From assembly GCA_043810925.1 (NCBI GenBank), contig JBDRNT010000035.1, positions 1 through 58,994 on the forward strand: a DNA stretch of 58,994 bases, read 5' to 3'. This DNA is from Candidatus Eiseniibacteriota bacterium (GTDB lineage Bacteria > Arandabacterota > Arandabacteria > Arandabacterales > Arandabacteraceae). This document shows, piece by piece, positions 18,528-27,770 of the stretch. Below the pieces are notes generated by a model, which did not search any database, was not told where the DNA came from, and saw nothing but the letters and a program-made list of their open reading frames with translations. A program made the translations under genes and the position numbers. Each line of letters opens with the position of its first letter. The first letter of the stretch is position 1.

Positions 18528-18790
18528 CGCTTGCGGCCCTTGCGGGTTTTCCTCGCGTCAGCCCTGGCCGCTTCCTCAGCGATCACGTTCTTAAGCCTGA
18601 TCGAGGTGTCTTTGGGGATTGAGTCGTCTCTCCAGCCCTGGTAAAACGTGATGATCTTCCTCATGTTATCCACATGGATGCGGCACCTCTTACATCGCTC
18701 GAGGTGTCGATCAATCTGGCCACACACTTTTCTGCCTGTTTCACCGTGCAAATAGTCGGTAAGCGATCCGAGTATGCCCTTGCAGTTCAT
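18524..18790 (-). CDS. Soluble zinc-binding anti-sigma factor (zf-HC2/ZAS)
   Basis: MNC...L.DYL.GE and HLERCKRC (HxxxCxxC); immediately downstream of the ECF sigma; no TM segment. Confidence 0.88.
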   Translation of the reverse strand: MNCKGILGSLTDYLHGETGRKVCGQIDRHLERCKRCRIHVDNMRKIITFYQGWRDDSIPKDTSIRLKNVIAEEAARADARKTRKGRKR

Positions 18791-18791
18791 A

Positions 18792-19400
18792 CTAAGCCAC
18801 TTTCCCCCTGGTTGTTTGATTCTTTTTGGACCCCAAGAGTTGCACTTTCAATTGACGTCGTGCCCTGTGGAGCCTCGATTTCACCGCTGGAACGTCAATA
18901 CCCACCACTCTGGCCGTTTCCCTTGTCGAGAGGCCCTCAACATGCCTCAGAACGAACACCGCCCGGTAGCTTGGACGCAGCCCGTTAATCGCTTTGTCGA
19001 GGATCTCCGCCGATTCCGCCCCGAGGAGCTTTGCAAGCGGATCGGGGGATCCGTTTTCGATGTCCCGCTGGATGGTGCTGTCCTCTGTCTCGACCGGCTC
19101 ACTGAGTGATACCGTACTCAACTTCCTGCGCCTCAGCTTCATAAGTGCGATATTCACCGTGATCCGGTAAAGCCAGGTCGAGAACTTGGATCTCTCCTTG
19201 AATGTGGAGAGCTTTCTGAAGGCCTTGATAAAGGCGTCCTGCAAAACGTCCTCTGCGTCCTCGTCGGTATCGGTCATTCGCCGGGCAAGTCTGTAGATCT
19301 TGTTCTGGTAGCGCAACATCAGCTTGCCGAAGGCCCGTGTGTCACCCTTCTTGGCAAGTCTGACCAGTTGCTCGTCTCTTATGCTTTTGGACTTTGCCAT
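18792..19400 (-). CDS. ECF RNA polymerase sigma factor
   Basis: DAEDVLQDAF, FSTWLYRITVN (region 2); EGLS..E.A...AVKSRLHRAR (region 4). Confidence 0.95.
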   Translation of the reverse strand: MAKSKSIRDEQLVRLAKKGDTRAFGKLMLRYQNKIYRLARRMTDTDEDAEDVLQDAFIKAFRKLSTFKERSKFSTWLYRITVNIALMKLRRRKLSTVSLSEPVETEDSTIQRDIENGSPDPLAKLLGAESAEILDKAINGLRPSYRAVFVLRHVEGLSTRETARVVGIDVPAVKSRLHRARRQLKVQLLGSKKNQTTRGKVA

Positions 19401-19540
19401 GGTTGTAAATCAGGTGCAGAGTGCAAGGTTGAGTGCACAATGCCATTTGAGCGAGACTTGTCTCGCGTTTCGTCTCCCAGGTCGGATCCGCTTCCGTATG
19501 CAGTACCGGTAGATGGCGGTCCACGCACGCAAGTGCCCCG

Positions 19541-19556
19541 TGGCACAATGCTTGCA
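19541..19556 (+). promoter_or_regulatory. Sigma54 (-24/-12) promoter
   Basis: TGGCACAATGCTTGCA matches the TGGCAC-N5-TTGCA consensus exactly. Confidence 0.75.
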
Positions 19557-19599
19557 ATTCGAATCGGGCATGAACTGGCGCAACTGCATAAGACGATTC

Positions 19600-19749
19600 A
19601 TGATAGTCACGAGGACCCATCTTCTCGTTCTGCTGATGTTTGCATTGCTTCTCTTATCGGTTGCACGAGGGTACATCATCCAGTCCATTCTGCCGCCGGC
19701 TTCCGAACCCGGCGGTCCCAGCTTAAGCCATGTCGGACCCGGCCGGTAG
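19600..19749 (+). CDS. Putative small single-TM protein (49 aa; alternative ATG 19570)
   Basis: MIVTRTHLLVLLMFALLLLSVARG hydrophobic helix directly downstream of the sigma54 promoter; no clear SD. Confidence 0.35.
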   Translation: MIVTRTHLLVLLMFALLLLSVARGYIIQSILPPASEPGGPSLSHVGPGR

Positions 19750-19850
19750 CATATCGATCACACCGCCAAGCTTAGCCGACAGGCATGTTCGCGGTCAAGG
19801 TTTTTACTTGACCCCCGTTACGCCGTGGCTGTCTAATATATCCTCAGGAG

Positions 19851-20795
19851 GTGATGCCGGTGGCAAGCGTGGCTCTGTTATATGATGATGTCTATCTCAA
19901 ACACGATACGGGAGCTCATCCCGAAAGGAGTGTAAGGGTCAAACACTCCTATGACTACCTGAGATCCAAACCCATTTTCGAGAGCCTGATAGAGATTAAG
20001 CCCCGCCCTGCCACCGATGAAGAGATCCTCCTGGTCCATGACAGACGGTACTTGGATTACCTGCGCTCGATTCCCTCGAACGAAGCCGCAGCACTTGATC
20101 CGGACACGATGTTTGGCCCCGGCTCGCTGGATGCAGCCATTCTTGCCGCCGGTGCCGTCACGACGGCGGTTGACAATGTTATAGCCGGAGCGTGTGACCG
20201 CGCATTCTGCCTGGTAAGACCTCCCGGCCATCACGCGCTGCCGGACAGGGCGATGGGCTTCTGCATACTGAACAACATCGCCATCGGGGCGGCCTATGCC
20301 GCGAGAAGCCGCGGTCTTAAGAAGACAGCGATCATCGACTTCGATGTGCATCACGGTAATGGGACCCAGGACATGTTCTACGAGGACGCAGACGTCCTCT
20401 ACTGCTCGCTGCACAAGTGGCCCTTCTATCCGGGTACGGGATCGTCGGATGAGACGGGTCGCGGCAAGGGACAGGGTAAGACGGTGAACGTACCGCTGCC
20501 GCCGGGCACCGGTCAAACCGGCTATCTTGATGCCCTATCGGACGTCATACTCCCGGCAGTCCGCGAGCACCAACCGGCTATCATCTTCCTGTCGGCCGGG
20601 TTTGATGCTCATGAGGCAGACCCCATCGGCGGCATGAAACTCAATGAGGATTCGTTCGGTGAAATTACCAGCGCAGTAGTAAAGACAGCTCGCGAAGTCT
20701 GTGACGGTAAGATCGTCTCGGCCCTCGAGGGCGGTTACAACATTGAAGCCCTGGGAGCTTCCATCCACGCTCACATTACGGCGCTCCTGGGTTAG
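19851..20795 (+). CDS. Histone deacetylase family (class II/AcuC-APAH-like) zinc amidohydrolase
   Basis: HPE, RPPGHHA, GFC..NN, DFDVHHGNGTQ, SAGFDAH..DP, LEGGY motifs. True start may be GTG 19860 after AGGAGG. Confidence 0.95.
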   Translation: MMPVASVALLYDDVYLKHDTGAHPERSVRVKHSYDYLRSKPIFESLIEIKPRPATDEEILLVHDRRYLDYLRSIPSNEAAALDPDTMFGPGSLDAAILAAGAVTTAVDNVIAGACDRAFCLVRPPGHHALPDRAMGFCILNNIAIGAAYAARSRGLKKTAIIDFDVHHGNGTQDMFYEDADVLYCSLHKWPFYPGTGSSDETGRGKGQGKTVNVPLPPGTGQTGYLDALSDVILPAVREHQPAIIFLSAGFDAHEADPIGGMKLNEDSFGEITSAVVKTAREVCDGKIVSALEGGYNIEALGASIHAHITALLG

Positions 20796-20807
20796 GCCGG
20801 ATGTGCG

Positions 20808-21005
20808 TTAGGTGCCGGGCAGCAGTTTCTTCATTCGTTTGGTATCGGCGTCAGAAACCGTTCCCGCTTTTCTGAGCTTACGCTTCCTCTTCCTCGTCTT
20901 CGCCGTGAAGAGATGACTCGTAGAGGATTTTCTTCGCGCCAACTTCCCTGATCCCGTCTTCTTCATTCGCTTTGCAGCAGACCTGCTCGTTTTGGCTTTG
21001 GGCAC
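20808..21005 (-). CDS. rpmI: 50S ribosomal protein L35
   Basis: MPKAKT...AAKR.KKTGSGK...H....K..KRKR.LR; 65 aa, highly basic; GTG start with SD AGGAG. Confidence 0.92.
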   Translation of the reverse strand: MPKAKTSRSAAKRMKKTGSGKLARRKSSTSHLFTAKTRKRKRKLRKAGTVSDADTKRMKKLLPGT

Positions 21006-21018
21006 TGGACCACATCTC

Positions 21019-21201
21019 CTATCTGATTATACCCTTGCAACACTGAGATGCTTCTCGTTCTCTTCTGAACTTCATCCCGCAAACGGAGCAACGGAACTTG
21101 CCGCCTATCCTGCCTTCCCGCTCCGCCTTCTTGAGAAGCATTTCATAAGTCGCACTGGGTTGATCCTTCACAAGAACCTCTTTCTCATCCCTGTAACCCA
21201 A
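21019..21201 (-). CDS. Small putative zinc-binding protein (CxxC...CC)
   Basis: 60 aa, [23 protein letters not shown] start after AGGAAGGGGGAG; stop TAG overlaps the rpmI SD. Confidence 0.7.
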   Translation of the reverse strand: MGYRDEKEVLVKDQPSATYEMLLKKAEREGRIGGKFRCSVCGMKFRREREASQCCKGIIR

Positions 21202-21287
21202 TAGAGCTCCCCCTTCCTGTTTCTACCCACAGACCCCACACCGTGCCTCAGGTTTGAGGCAGTAGAATCGAAAGGGCTCGAAAAGCT

Positions 21288-21479
21288 CTAACTCCGTCCC
21301 TCATTAGTCCTTCGACGCTTCTCAGCTTTCAGAGCCTTTTTCCTACGCTTTTCACTGGGCTTCATAAAGCGCGAAGCCCGCTTCATCTCCTGGACTATGC
21401 CCTGTTTCTCACACTCCTTCTTGAACCGCCTGATCGCCCTATCGATCGTCTCATTGTGCTTCACGATGATACCAGACAT
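21288..21479 (-). CDS. rpsU: 30S ribosomal protein S21
   Basis: E.IDRAIRRFKK.CEK.GI..E......FMKPSEKRRKK signature. Confidence 0.95.
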   Translation of the reverse strand: MSGIIVKHNETIDRAIRRFKKECEKQGIVQEMKRASRFMKPSEKRRKKALKAEKRRRTNEGRS

Positions 21480-21522
21480 TCGAAATCACGACCTTCCAGC
21501 GTGTTTTTGTACTTATTTGATG

Positions 21523-21598
21523 AATTTAGCACAATTTTGCAGGATGTCAAGCAAAATTCTGCTAAGATGTTGACCACTCAAACAGGGTATGTTAGTTT
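21523..21598. promoter_or_regulatory. Divergent promoters with a 15-bp inverted repeat
   Basis: Minus strand TTGACA(21545-50)-16-TAAATT for rpsU; plus strand TTGACC(21570-75)-17-TAGTTT for the activator. IR arms at 21526-21540 and 21551-21565. Confidence 0.55.
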
Positions 21599-21622
21599 GT
21601 CCCCGGAGGTGATGTAACTGCA

Positions 21623-23149
21623 ATGGCAGATCAGGGTCGAACCGGTGAGCATACTGCCATTCTGGTATGCCAGTTTCCAGACAAATTGGCAGGCATATCA
21701 CAGATTCTGGTCGACAGCGGTGTAACCGTCCATAAGGCTGCCGACGGGTCAGCCGCACTCAGCACGGCCGGGAAGCATCCACCTGACTACGTTCTTGCAT
21801 ACCGGGACCTGCCCGACTCAAGCGGGATGAAGGTGATCCAAACCCTGAGGCGTAAGTTCCCCCTGGCCATAGCGGCCCTCTTCGGGCCCCGGCTCCCTCT
21901 GGAGGAACGTAGAAGCCTGATCGGTGACGGGGCCGATGACTACATCGAGATAGACTCCGATGTCAGCCGGGTGAGCACAAGTGTCCATCGACTGGTCGCA
22001 AGAAAGGAGATCGGCATACTCGGCAGGAACGAGAAGATGCTGCAGGCCATTGAAATCGTGGAGAATATCGCACGCACGAAAGTCACTGTGCTCATAACCG
22101 GTGAGAGCGGTACTGGAAAGGAACTGATCGCAAGGGCCATTCACCTGAGGAGTGACCGCCGGACGGGACCGTTCATAGCCGTGAACTGCGCAGCTCTACC
22201 CGATGGTGTCCTCGAAAGCGAGCTCTTCGGGCACGAGAAAGGTTCCTTCACAGGGGCCACCTCACAACGCAAGGGCAGGTTCGAGATTGCGGATCGCGGA
22301 ACCCTGCTCTTGGATGAGGTCGGAGAAATGCCTCTCGGCACACAGGTGAAGCTGTTGCGGGTACTTGAAGAAGAGAGGTTCATGAGGGTCGGTGGATCCC
22401 AGGACGTTGTGGTTGACGTTAGAGTGGTGGCATCGACAAACAGAGACTTGCGAAGGCTGGTCGAGGATGGACGTTTCAGAAGGGATCTTTACTACAGACT
22501 CAATGTCGTACCCATACACCTTCCTGCACTGAGGGAACGCAGAGAGGACATACGGACCATCCTTTACGGAATCGCCGAGGAGGCCCGTGTCAGGAATAAT
22601 GTTAAGTTCGGAGGCGTGACCGAGGACGCCCTCATAACCCTTGAGAGATACGACTGGCCGGGAAATGTAAGGGAGCTTAGGAACCTGGCGGAAAGCCTGG
22701 TTGTCCTCTCAGGCGGCAAGAAAATACAGATCGACGACCTGCCCGATCACATCGCCGACAGGGACTACGTTCACCGTGATCTCCCGGTAAGAGTCGGCAG
22801 ACCGCGGGAGGACGTGGAGCGGGATCTGCTGTTCGGAAGACTGGCCGAGATCGAGCACCGGATCACTCAGATGGCGGATGTTCTGCTCGACCTGAGGGAT
22901 GCTGTTACCGGACAGACCGGGCGGGCCACAGAGCCGAGCGCCGTCCCCGGTGAGGTCAAGTATACCGAGATACCCGATGGCTACGAAGACATTGTCGTCA
23001 AACCCGGCACTCCAATCAGAGACATGGAGCGCGAGCTGATTGAAAAGACCTTAAGAGATGTCAACGGCAACCGGAAGAAAGCAGCGGGACTTCTCGGCAT
23101 CGGAGAACGCACGCTCTACCGCAGAATGAAGGAATACGGTATCGGCTAG
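21623..23149 (+). CDS. Sigma54-dependent Fis-family activator (bEBP) with degenerate receiver domain
   Basis: GESGTGKE Walker A, ESELFGHEKGSFTGA, LLDEV Walker B, FRRDLYYRLNV, WPGNVREL, C-terminal HTH (GNRKKAA.LLGIGERTLYR). Confidence 0.95.
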   Translation: MADQGRTGEHTAILVCQFPDKLAGISQILVDSGVTVHKAADGSAALSTAGKHPPDYVLAYRDLPDSSGMKVIQTLRRKFPLAIAALFGPRLPLEERRSLIGDGADDYIEIDSDVSRVSTSVHRLVARKEIGILGRNEKMLQAIEIVENIARTKVTVLITGESGTGKELIARAIHLRSDRRTGPFIAVNCAALPDGVLESELFGHEKGSFTGATSQRKGRFEIADRGTLLLDEVGEMPLGTQVKLLRVLEEERFMRVGGSQDVVVDVRVVASTNRDLRRLVEDGRFRRDLYYRLNVVPIHLPALRERREDIRTILYGIAEEARVRNNVKFGGVTEDALITLERYDWPGNVRELRNLAESLVVLSGGKKIQIDDLPDHIADRDYVHRDLPVRVGRPREDVERDLLFGRLAEIEHRITQMADVLLDLRDAVTGQTGRATEPSAVPGEVKYTEIPDGYEDIVVKPGTPIRDMERELIEKTLRDVNGNRKKAAGLLGIGERTLYRRMKEYGIG

Positions 23150-23155
23150 CCCGGA

Positions 23156-25921
23156 CTATTCGACCGCTGTCCCGACAGGCAACCCGGATTTCTGGAGCAC
23201 GGCTCTTGCCGCAGCCAGCCTGGCAACAGGGACCCTGAAGGCGGAGCAACTCACGTAATCCAACCCCACATCCTCACAGAAAATCACAGAAGACGGGTCG
23301 CCGCCGTGCTCGCCGCAGATACCGAGCTTTATGTCAGGCCGTGTCTCCCTGGCCTTCTTCACAGCCAGCATCATCAGACCGCCGACACCCGCCTGGTCGA
23401 GAGATGCGAATGGATCCTTACCCATGATTAAGAGTTCCTGATAGCGCCTGATCACCGGGCCTGCGTCGTCCCTGCTGAAACCGTAGGTCAACTGCGTAAG
23501 ATCATTGGTCCCGAACGAGAAGAACTCGGCGACCTTGGCGACCTCATCCGCCGTCACACACGCCCTGGGTATCTCGATCATTGTCCCGATAAGATAGTCG
23601 ATGTGAACCTTCTGCTCCTGCATGACAACGGTGGCGATCCTCTGAGCTCTTTCCCGTATGAAAGAAAGCTCCCTTGCATCCCCGACAAGCGGAACCATTA
23701 TCTCCGGTATCACATCTATACGTTCGAGCTTAAGCTCGCAGACAGCCTCCATTATCGCTTTGATCTGCATATCGTATACTTCCGGGCGGGTTATGCCAAG
23801 CCTGCAACCCCGGTTCCCCATCATGGGATTGACCTCGGTCAGGGCAGAGCTCTTCTCAAGGATCGTCTGTTTGCTCACCCCGATCTCCTGCGCAGTCGAC
23901 TCCATCTCCTCATCAGTCTTGGGCAGGAACTCGTGCAGCGGCAGATCAAGCAACCTTATCGTGACGGGTTTTCCTGCCATTACTTTCAGGATCTCTTTGA
24001 AGTCGGCCCTCTGGAGCGGCTCTATCTTGGCCAGAGCTTCCCGCCTCTCTGCAGGGCTCGATGCGAGAATCATCTGCCTGACCTTGGCGATGCGGTCCTT
24101 GGCAAAAAACATGTGCTCGGTCCGGCACAACCCGATTCCCTCACATCCGAATGCGAGGGCCATCGCTGCCTGGTCCGGCTGGTCCGCATTCGCTCTGACC
24201 TTGAGCCGCCTACACGTATCGGACCACTCCATGACTTTCTGATAGAGTGAGAACAGTTCCGATTCCTCCGGCGGCAGTGACTTGTCGACAAGCACTCTTT
24301 CGATCTCGGACTTGATCGTCGCGACCTTGTCCAGGATTACCTCACCTGTCGTTCCATCGATCGAAATATAGTCGCCTTCCTTGACGATGTGCTCGCCAAT
24401 CGTCATCATTTTCTTGTCGTAGTCGATGTTAAGTGCCTCGCATCCGACGACACTCACCTTGCCCAGTTGCCTCGCCACAAGCGCGGCATGAGATGTCAGA
24501 CCCCCGCGGGCGGTGAGAATTCCCTCAGCAATGCTCATGCCTCCGACATCCTCCGGGCTGGTCTCTTCCCTGACGAGGATCACACCGCCCCCGTCACCGC
24601 CCACCACCTCTTCCACCCTCGAAGCACTGAAGACAACCTTACCGGTGGCCGCCCCCGGACCTGCATTGAGGCCCTTCGCGACAATCCTGTTCTCCTCCTC
24701 CGCCAGGGTCTTCCCGGCTTCATCAAATGTCGGTCTGAGGATGTGGTTGAGCTGCTCCGGTTCGATTCTCAGTAGCACCGCCTCTTTGTCGATCAGGCGT
24801 TGCTCGTACATCTCGAACGCAATCTTAAGCGCAGCAGGTCCGGTCCTCTTTCCTGCCCTGGTCTGGAGCACCCAGAGCCTCCCTCGCTCTATCGTGAACT
24901 CAGTGTCCTGCATATCCTTGAAGTGCTGCTCGAGCTTCTCCCTCACCTCGAGCAACTGTCCGTAGACATCCGGCATTTCTTCCTCGAGGGACTTAAGATC
25001 GGAGTCACCCTTTTGAAGTTTGTTGATGGGTTGCGGGGTCCTTATACCTGCAACGACGTCCTCACCCTGCGCGTTGAGCAGGTACTCGCCATAGAAGACA
25101 TTGTCACCTGTCGCAGGATTTCGCGTGAATGCCACACCGGTTCCTGAGTCCCAGCCCAGGTTCCCGAAGACCATTGTCTGCACATTGACTGCAGTGCCCC
25201 ATTCGTGAGGGATACCATTGATACGTCTGTACTCGATCGCCCTCCTCGAGTTCCACGATTTGAATACAGCCTCGATGGCCCCCCAGAGCTGATCATAAGG
25301 ATCCTCCGGAAAGATCACACCTTTCTCGCTTTGTATCAGTTGCTTGAACTTGGCGACGAGGTCTCTGAGATCATCCACCTCAAGCTCGGTGTCTCTCGTG
25401 ACTCCCCGCTCTTTCTTCTTAGCGATTATGATGGATTCAAACGGATCGGGCGCCGTATCATCTTCGGGCTTAAGCCCCAGAACCACGTCTCCGTACATCT
25501 GCACCAGCCTGCGATAGCAGTCATAGGCAAAGCGGGCGTTGCCTCCTTCCGCCAGGCCCTCGACCGTCTGATCATTCAGGCCGATATTAAGAACGGTGTC
25601 CATCATCCCCGGCATCGAGACCCGCGCACCGGATCGGACTGAGACAAGGAGTGGATTCTCGTTCTCCCAGAATGACTTTCCCATCACGTGTTCAACCCTT
25701 CTGAGATTTGAAGATACCGCGGCGGCCAGTCCTTCAGGATAGTGACCACCATGCGCGCTGAAATACGCGCAAACGCCTGTGGGTAAAGTGAATCCCGCGG
25801 GAATCGGAAGTCCAATCCTGGACATCTCGGCGAGGTTGGCCCCCTTGCCGCCGAGTTCATCCCTCATCGAGGCATCACCGTCCGCCTCGTTTGCACCGAA
25901 GAAGTAAGCCAGCCTTTTCAT
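23156..25921 (-). CDS. ppdK: Pyruvate, phosphate dikinase
   Basis: LGGKGANLAEM, SVRSGARVSMPGMMDT, GGLTSHAA phospho-His, GIGLCRTEHMFF, SFGTNDLTQ, CGEHGGDP. Confidence 0.97.
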   Translation of the reverse strand: MKRLAYFFGANEADGDASMRDELGGKGANLAEMSRIGLPIPAGFTLPTGVCAYFSAHGGHYPEGLAAAVSSNLRRVEHVMGKSFWENENPLLVSVRSGARVSMPGMMDTVLNIGLNDQTVEGLAEGGNARFAYDCYRRLVQMYGDVVLGLKPEDDTAPDPFESIIIAKKKERGVTRDTELEVDDLRDLVAKFKQLIQSEKGVIFPEDPYDQLWGAIEAVFKSWNSRRAIEYRRINGIPHEWGTAVNVQTMVFGNLGWDSGTGVAFTRNPATGDNVFYGEYLLNAQGEDVVAGIRTPQPINKLQKGDSDLKSLEEEMPDVYGQLLEVREKLEQHFKDMQDTEFTIERGRLWVLQTRAGKRTGPAALKIAFEMYEQRLIDKEAVLLRIEPEQLNHILRPTFDEAGKTLAEEENRIVAKGLNAGPGAATGKVVFSASRVEEVVGGDGGGVILVREETSPEDVGGMSIAEGILTARGGLTSHAALVARQLGKVSVVGCEALNIDYDKKMMTIGEHIVKEGDYISIDGTTGEVILDKVATIKSEIERVLVDKSLPPEESELFSLYQKVMEWSDTCRRLKVRANADQPDQAAMALAFGCEGIGLCRTEHMFFAKDRIAKVRQMILASSPAERREALAKIEPLQRADFKEILKVMAGKPVTIRLLDLPLHEFLPKTDEEMESTAQEIGVSKQTILEKSSALTEVNPMMGNRGCRLGITRPEVYDMQIKAIMEAVCELKLERIDVIPEIMVPLVGDARELSFIRERAQRIATVVMQEQKVHIDYLIGTMIEIPRACVTADEVAKVAEFFSFGTNDLTQLTYGFSRDDAGPVIRRYQELLIMGKDPFASLDQAGVGGLMMLAVKKARETRPDIKLGICGEHGGDPSSVIFCEDVGLDYVSCSAFRVPVARLAAARAVLQKSGLPVGTAVE

Positions 25922-26024
25922 AGCGATTACACCTTTCCTGATGGGGTTCGCAGTATCTTGCTATAGAATACTATCGACTCGCAGGATCTGCAAGAATTTT
26001 CGATAGTTCCCGGTCGGGCTCAGC

Positions 26025-27710
26025 CTACCTGAGGACAAGCACCTTCGTGCGGCCCGCGCCCGGCACCTCGACAAAGAGTACACCCGGAACAGCCCCCGGA
26101 ACAACCGACGTGAGATCGATCATGCTCACACCCGAGGCGGGAATCTCGATGTGCCCCACGAGCCTTCCCCTGACGTCATAGATGCCGGCCTGACGTGCAA
26201 TGTCCCATCCCGGACATTGCATCCGAATCACCCCGCTTGAAGGGTTGGGATAGACCATAAGAGTGCGTGTACCGAGCTCCATGCCGGCGATACCGGCCAC
26301 GATGTGGTTCGAAGCGTCATGTGCCTGGAGTATGCCCCACCCATAGAGCGAATCGGGATCGGAGGACCGTGTACCCGTCATCATCACGGCATCGATCACG
26401 TCAGGAGGAGTACAGGTCGGGACCTTCTGGATCACAAGCGCAAGTGCACCCGCGGTCAGCGGAGTCGCAAAGGACGTCCCATCACCACGTCCGTAGTCGT
26501 CGACCGCACTGGGTCGAGCGACGTAGGCCGCCCCACCCATTGCCATTATAGTAGGCTTGATGCGCCCGTCATAGGTCGGCCCCTGAGACGACCAGTACGA
26601 GCGGACCCCCGTTGAATCCACCGAGCCGACCGATATGACACTGTCCCCGTCGGCGGGGGCCAGTATGTATTTCCATGAGCCGGCCCCCGAATTGCCGGCC
26701 GCATTCGTAACGACGATCCCGTTCAGTACGGCCATGTCGGCGGCTATCGTGATCGGCGCAGTATCACCATCCATATCTTCATACGTATACCAGTCGTTGT
26801 AGCAAAGTGAACTCGTGATGATCTGTGCCCCGAGACTGTCAGCCCACTCCACGGCCTCGATCCACCAGTCTTCCTCCACGGGCTCTTCCTGAGAAGTATC
26901 CTCGGTCTTTGCGAGAATGTAGTCGGCGCCGTAGGCGGCACCCATAAGTATACCGGGGCTGTTCGCTGCAAGGAGCGAGAGACATGAGGTCCCGTGATAG
27001 TGCTGGTATTCGGGATCACCGGGCTCGTTCGCCGTCTCACCGTCATCGTTTATGAAGTCATGCTGGGCGATCAGATTGAGCGCCGAGAAACACTCGTGTT
27101 CCAACCAGAAACCCGTATCGAAAATCGCAACCCTTACGCCCGTACCTGTATAACCCTCATCATGAAGGTCGGTCACCTGCATCATGTCAAGCTGTGTGAA
27201 GGACTCTCCGTAGGACTCAAGCGCACCAACAGGCTTGGGCTTCCCATCCGGCACCGGCAAAGCGGGACCACCCCTTCTACCGCTTACCCTGCTGAGTCGT
27301 TTGACGAAACCCAGACCGCTGATGCGTTCTACCTGACCGCGGCTTGCCGTGACACTGACTGCGTTGAGCCACCTGGAGAAACTCCTGAAGGTCACCCCCT
27401 CGTCTTCAAGAGCCTGGATATAGAGTTTGTTAAGCGGCAGGTCATGCTCATCGAAAGGCCGGCCCGGCCGCGCCCTGAGCCTCCTCGTGACGGCCTCAGG
27501 ATCATACGTGGCCCATACCTCCCGGATCCGGGCTTCCCTGTCTGAAACCGAGGACTCCCCCTTATCACTGAAGAAGACCCACACCACGATTGTCTCGTCA
27601 CCTTCGGCCTGCTCGAGCCAATCGGTCACCGAGGGGGACAGGCCGGGGTAAGTGCTTGACGCCAGAAACAGGACTCCAAGACTCAATATGAGCGCACTGC
27701 GGACTATCAT
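26025..27710 (-). CDS. Secreted S8 subtilisin-like peptidase with T9SS-like C-terminus
   Basis: Signal peptide and prodomain; triad FDTG, HGT, GTSFATP; AAGN oxyanion residue; C-terminal VYPNP...IYDVRGR...RTKVLVLR. Confidence 0.92.
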   Translation of the reverse strand: MIVRSALILSLGVLFLASSTYPGLSPSVTDWLEQAEGDETIVVWVFFSDKGESSVSDREARIREVWATYDPEAVTRRLRARPGRPFDEHDLPLNKLYIQALEDEGVTFRSFSRWLNAVSVTASRGQVERISGLGFVKRLSRVSGRRGGPALPVPDGKPKPVGALESYGESFTQLDMMQVTDLHDEGYTGTGVRVAIFDTGFWLEHECFSALNLIAQHDFINDDGETANEPGDPEYQHYHGTSCLSLLAANSPGILMGAAYGADYILAKTEDTSQEEPVEEDWWIEAVEWADSLGAQIITSSLCYNDWYTYEDMDGDTAPITIAADMAVLNGIVVTNAAGNSGAGSWKYILAPADGDSVISVGSVDSTGVRSYWSSQGPTYDGRIKPTIMAMGGAAYVARPSAVDDYGRGDGTSFATPLTAGALALVIQKVPTCTPPDVIDAVMMTGTRSSDPDSLYGWGILQAHDASNHIVAGIAGMELGTRTLMVYPNPSSGVIRMQCPGWDIARQAGIYDVRGRLVGHIEIPASGVSMIDLTSVVPGAVPGVLFVEVPGAGRTKVLVLR

Positions 27711-27741
27711 ATAATCTCCTTTGCTAAACTACCACAATCCT

Positions 27742-27770
27742 ATTATACCACAATCAGGGCCGATTCTCAA
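27742..27770 (-). promoter_or_regulatory. Sigma70 promoter of the S8 peptidase
   Basis: Minus strand TTGAGA-17 nt-TATAAT with extended TG; the -35 lies in the left arm of the 27764-28015 element. Confidence 0.7.

Noticed and set aside
19412-19445. Short GTGCA repeats upstream of the ECF sigma gene
   Set aside because: Three irregularly spaced 5-mers; too weak to call an operator or repeat family.
21526-21565. CIRCE (HrcA operator)
   Set aside because: Does not match TTAGCACTC-N9-GAGTGCTAA in sequence or spacing and is not upstream of a chaperone gene.
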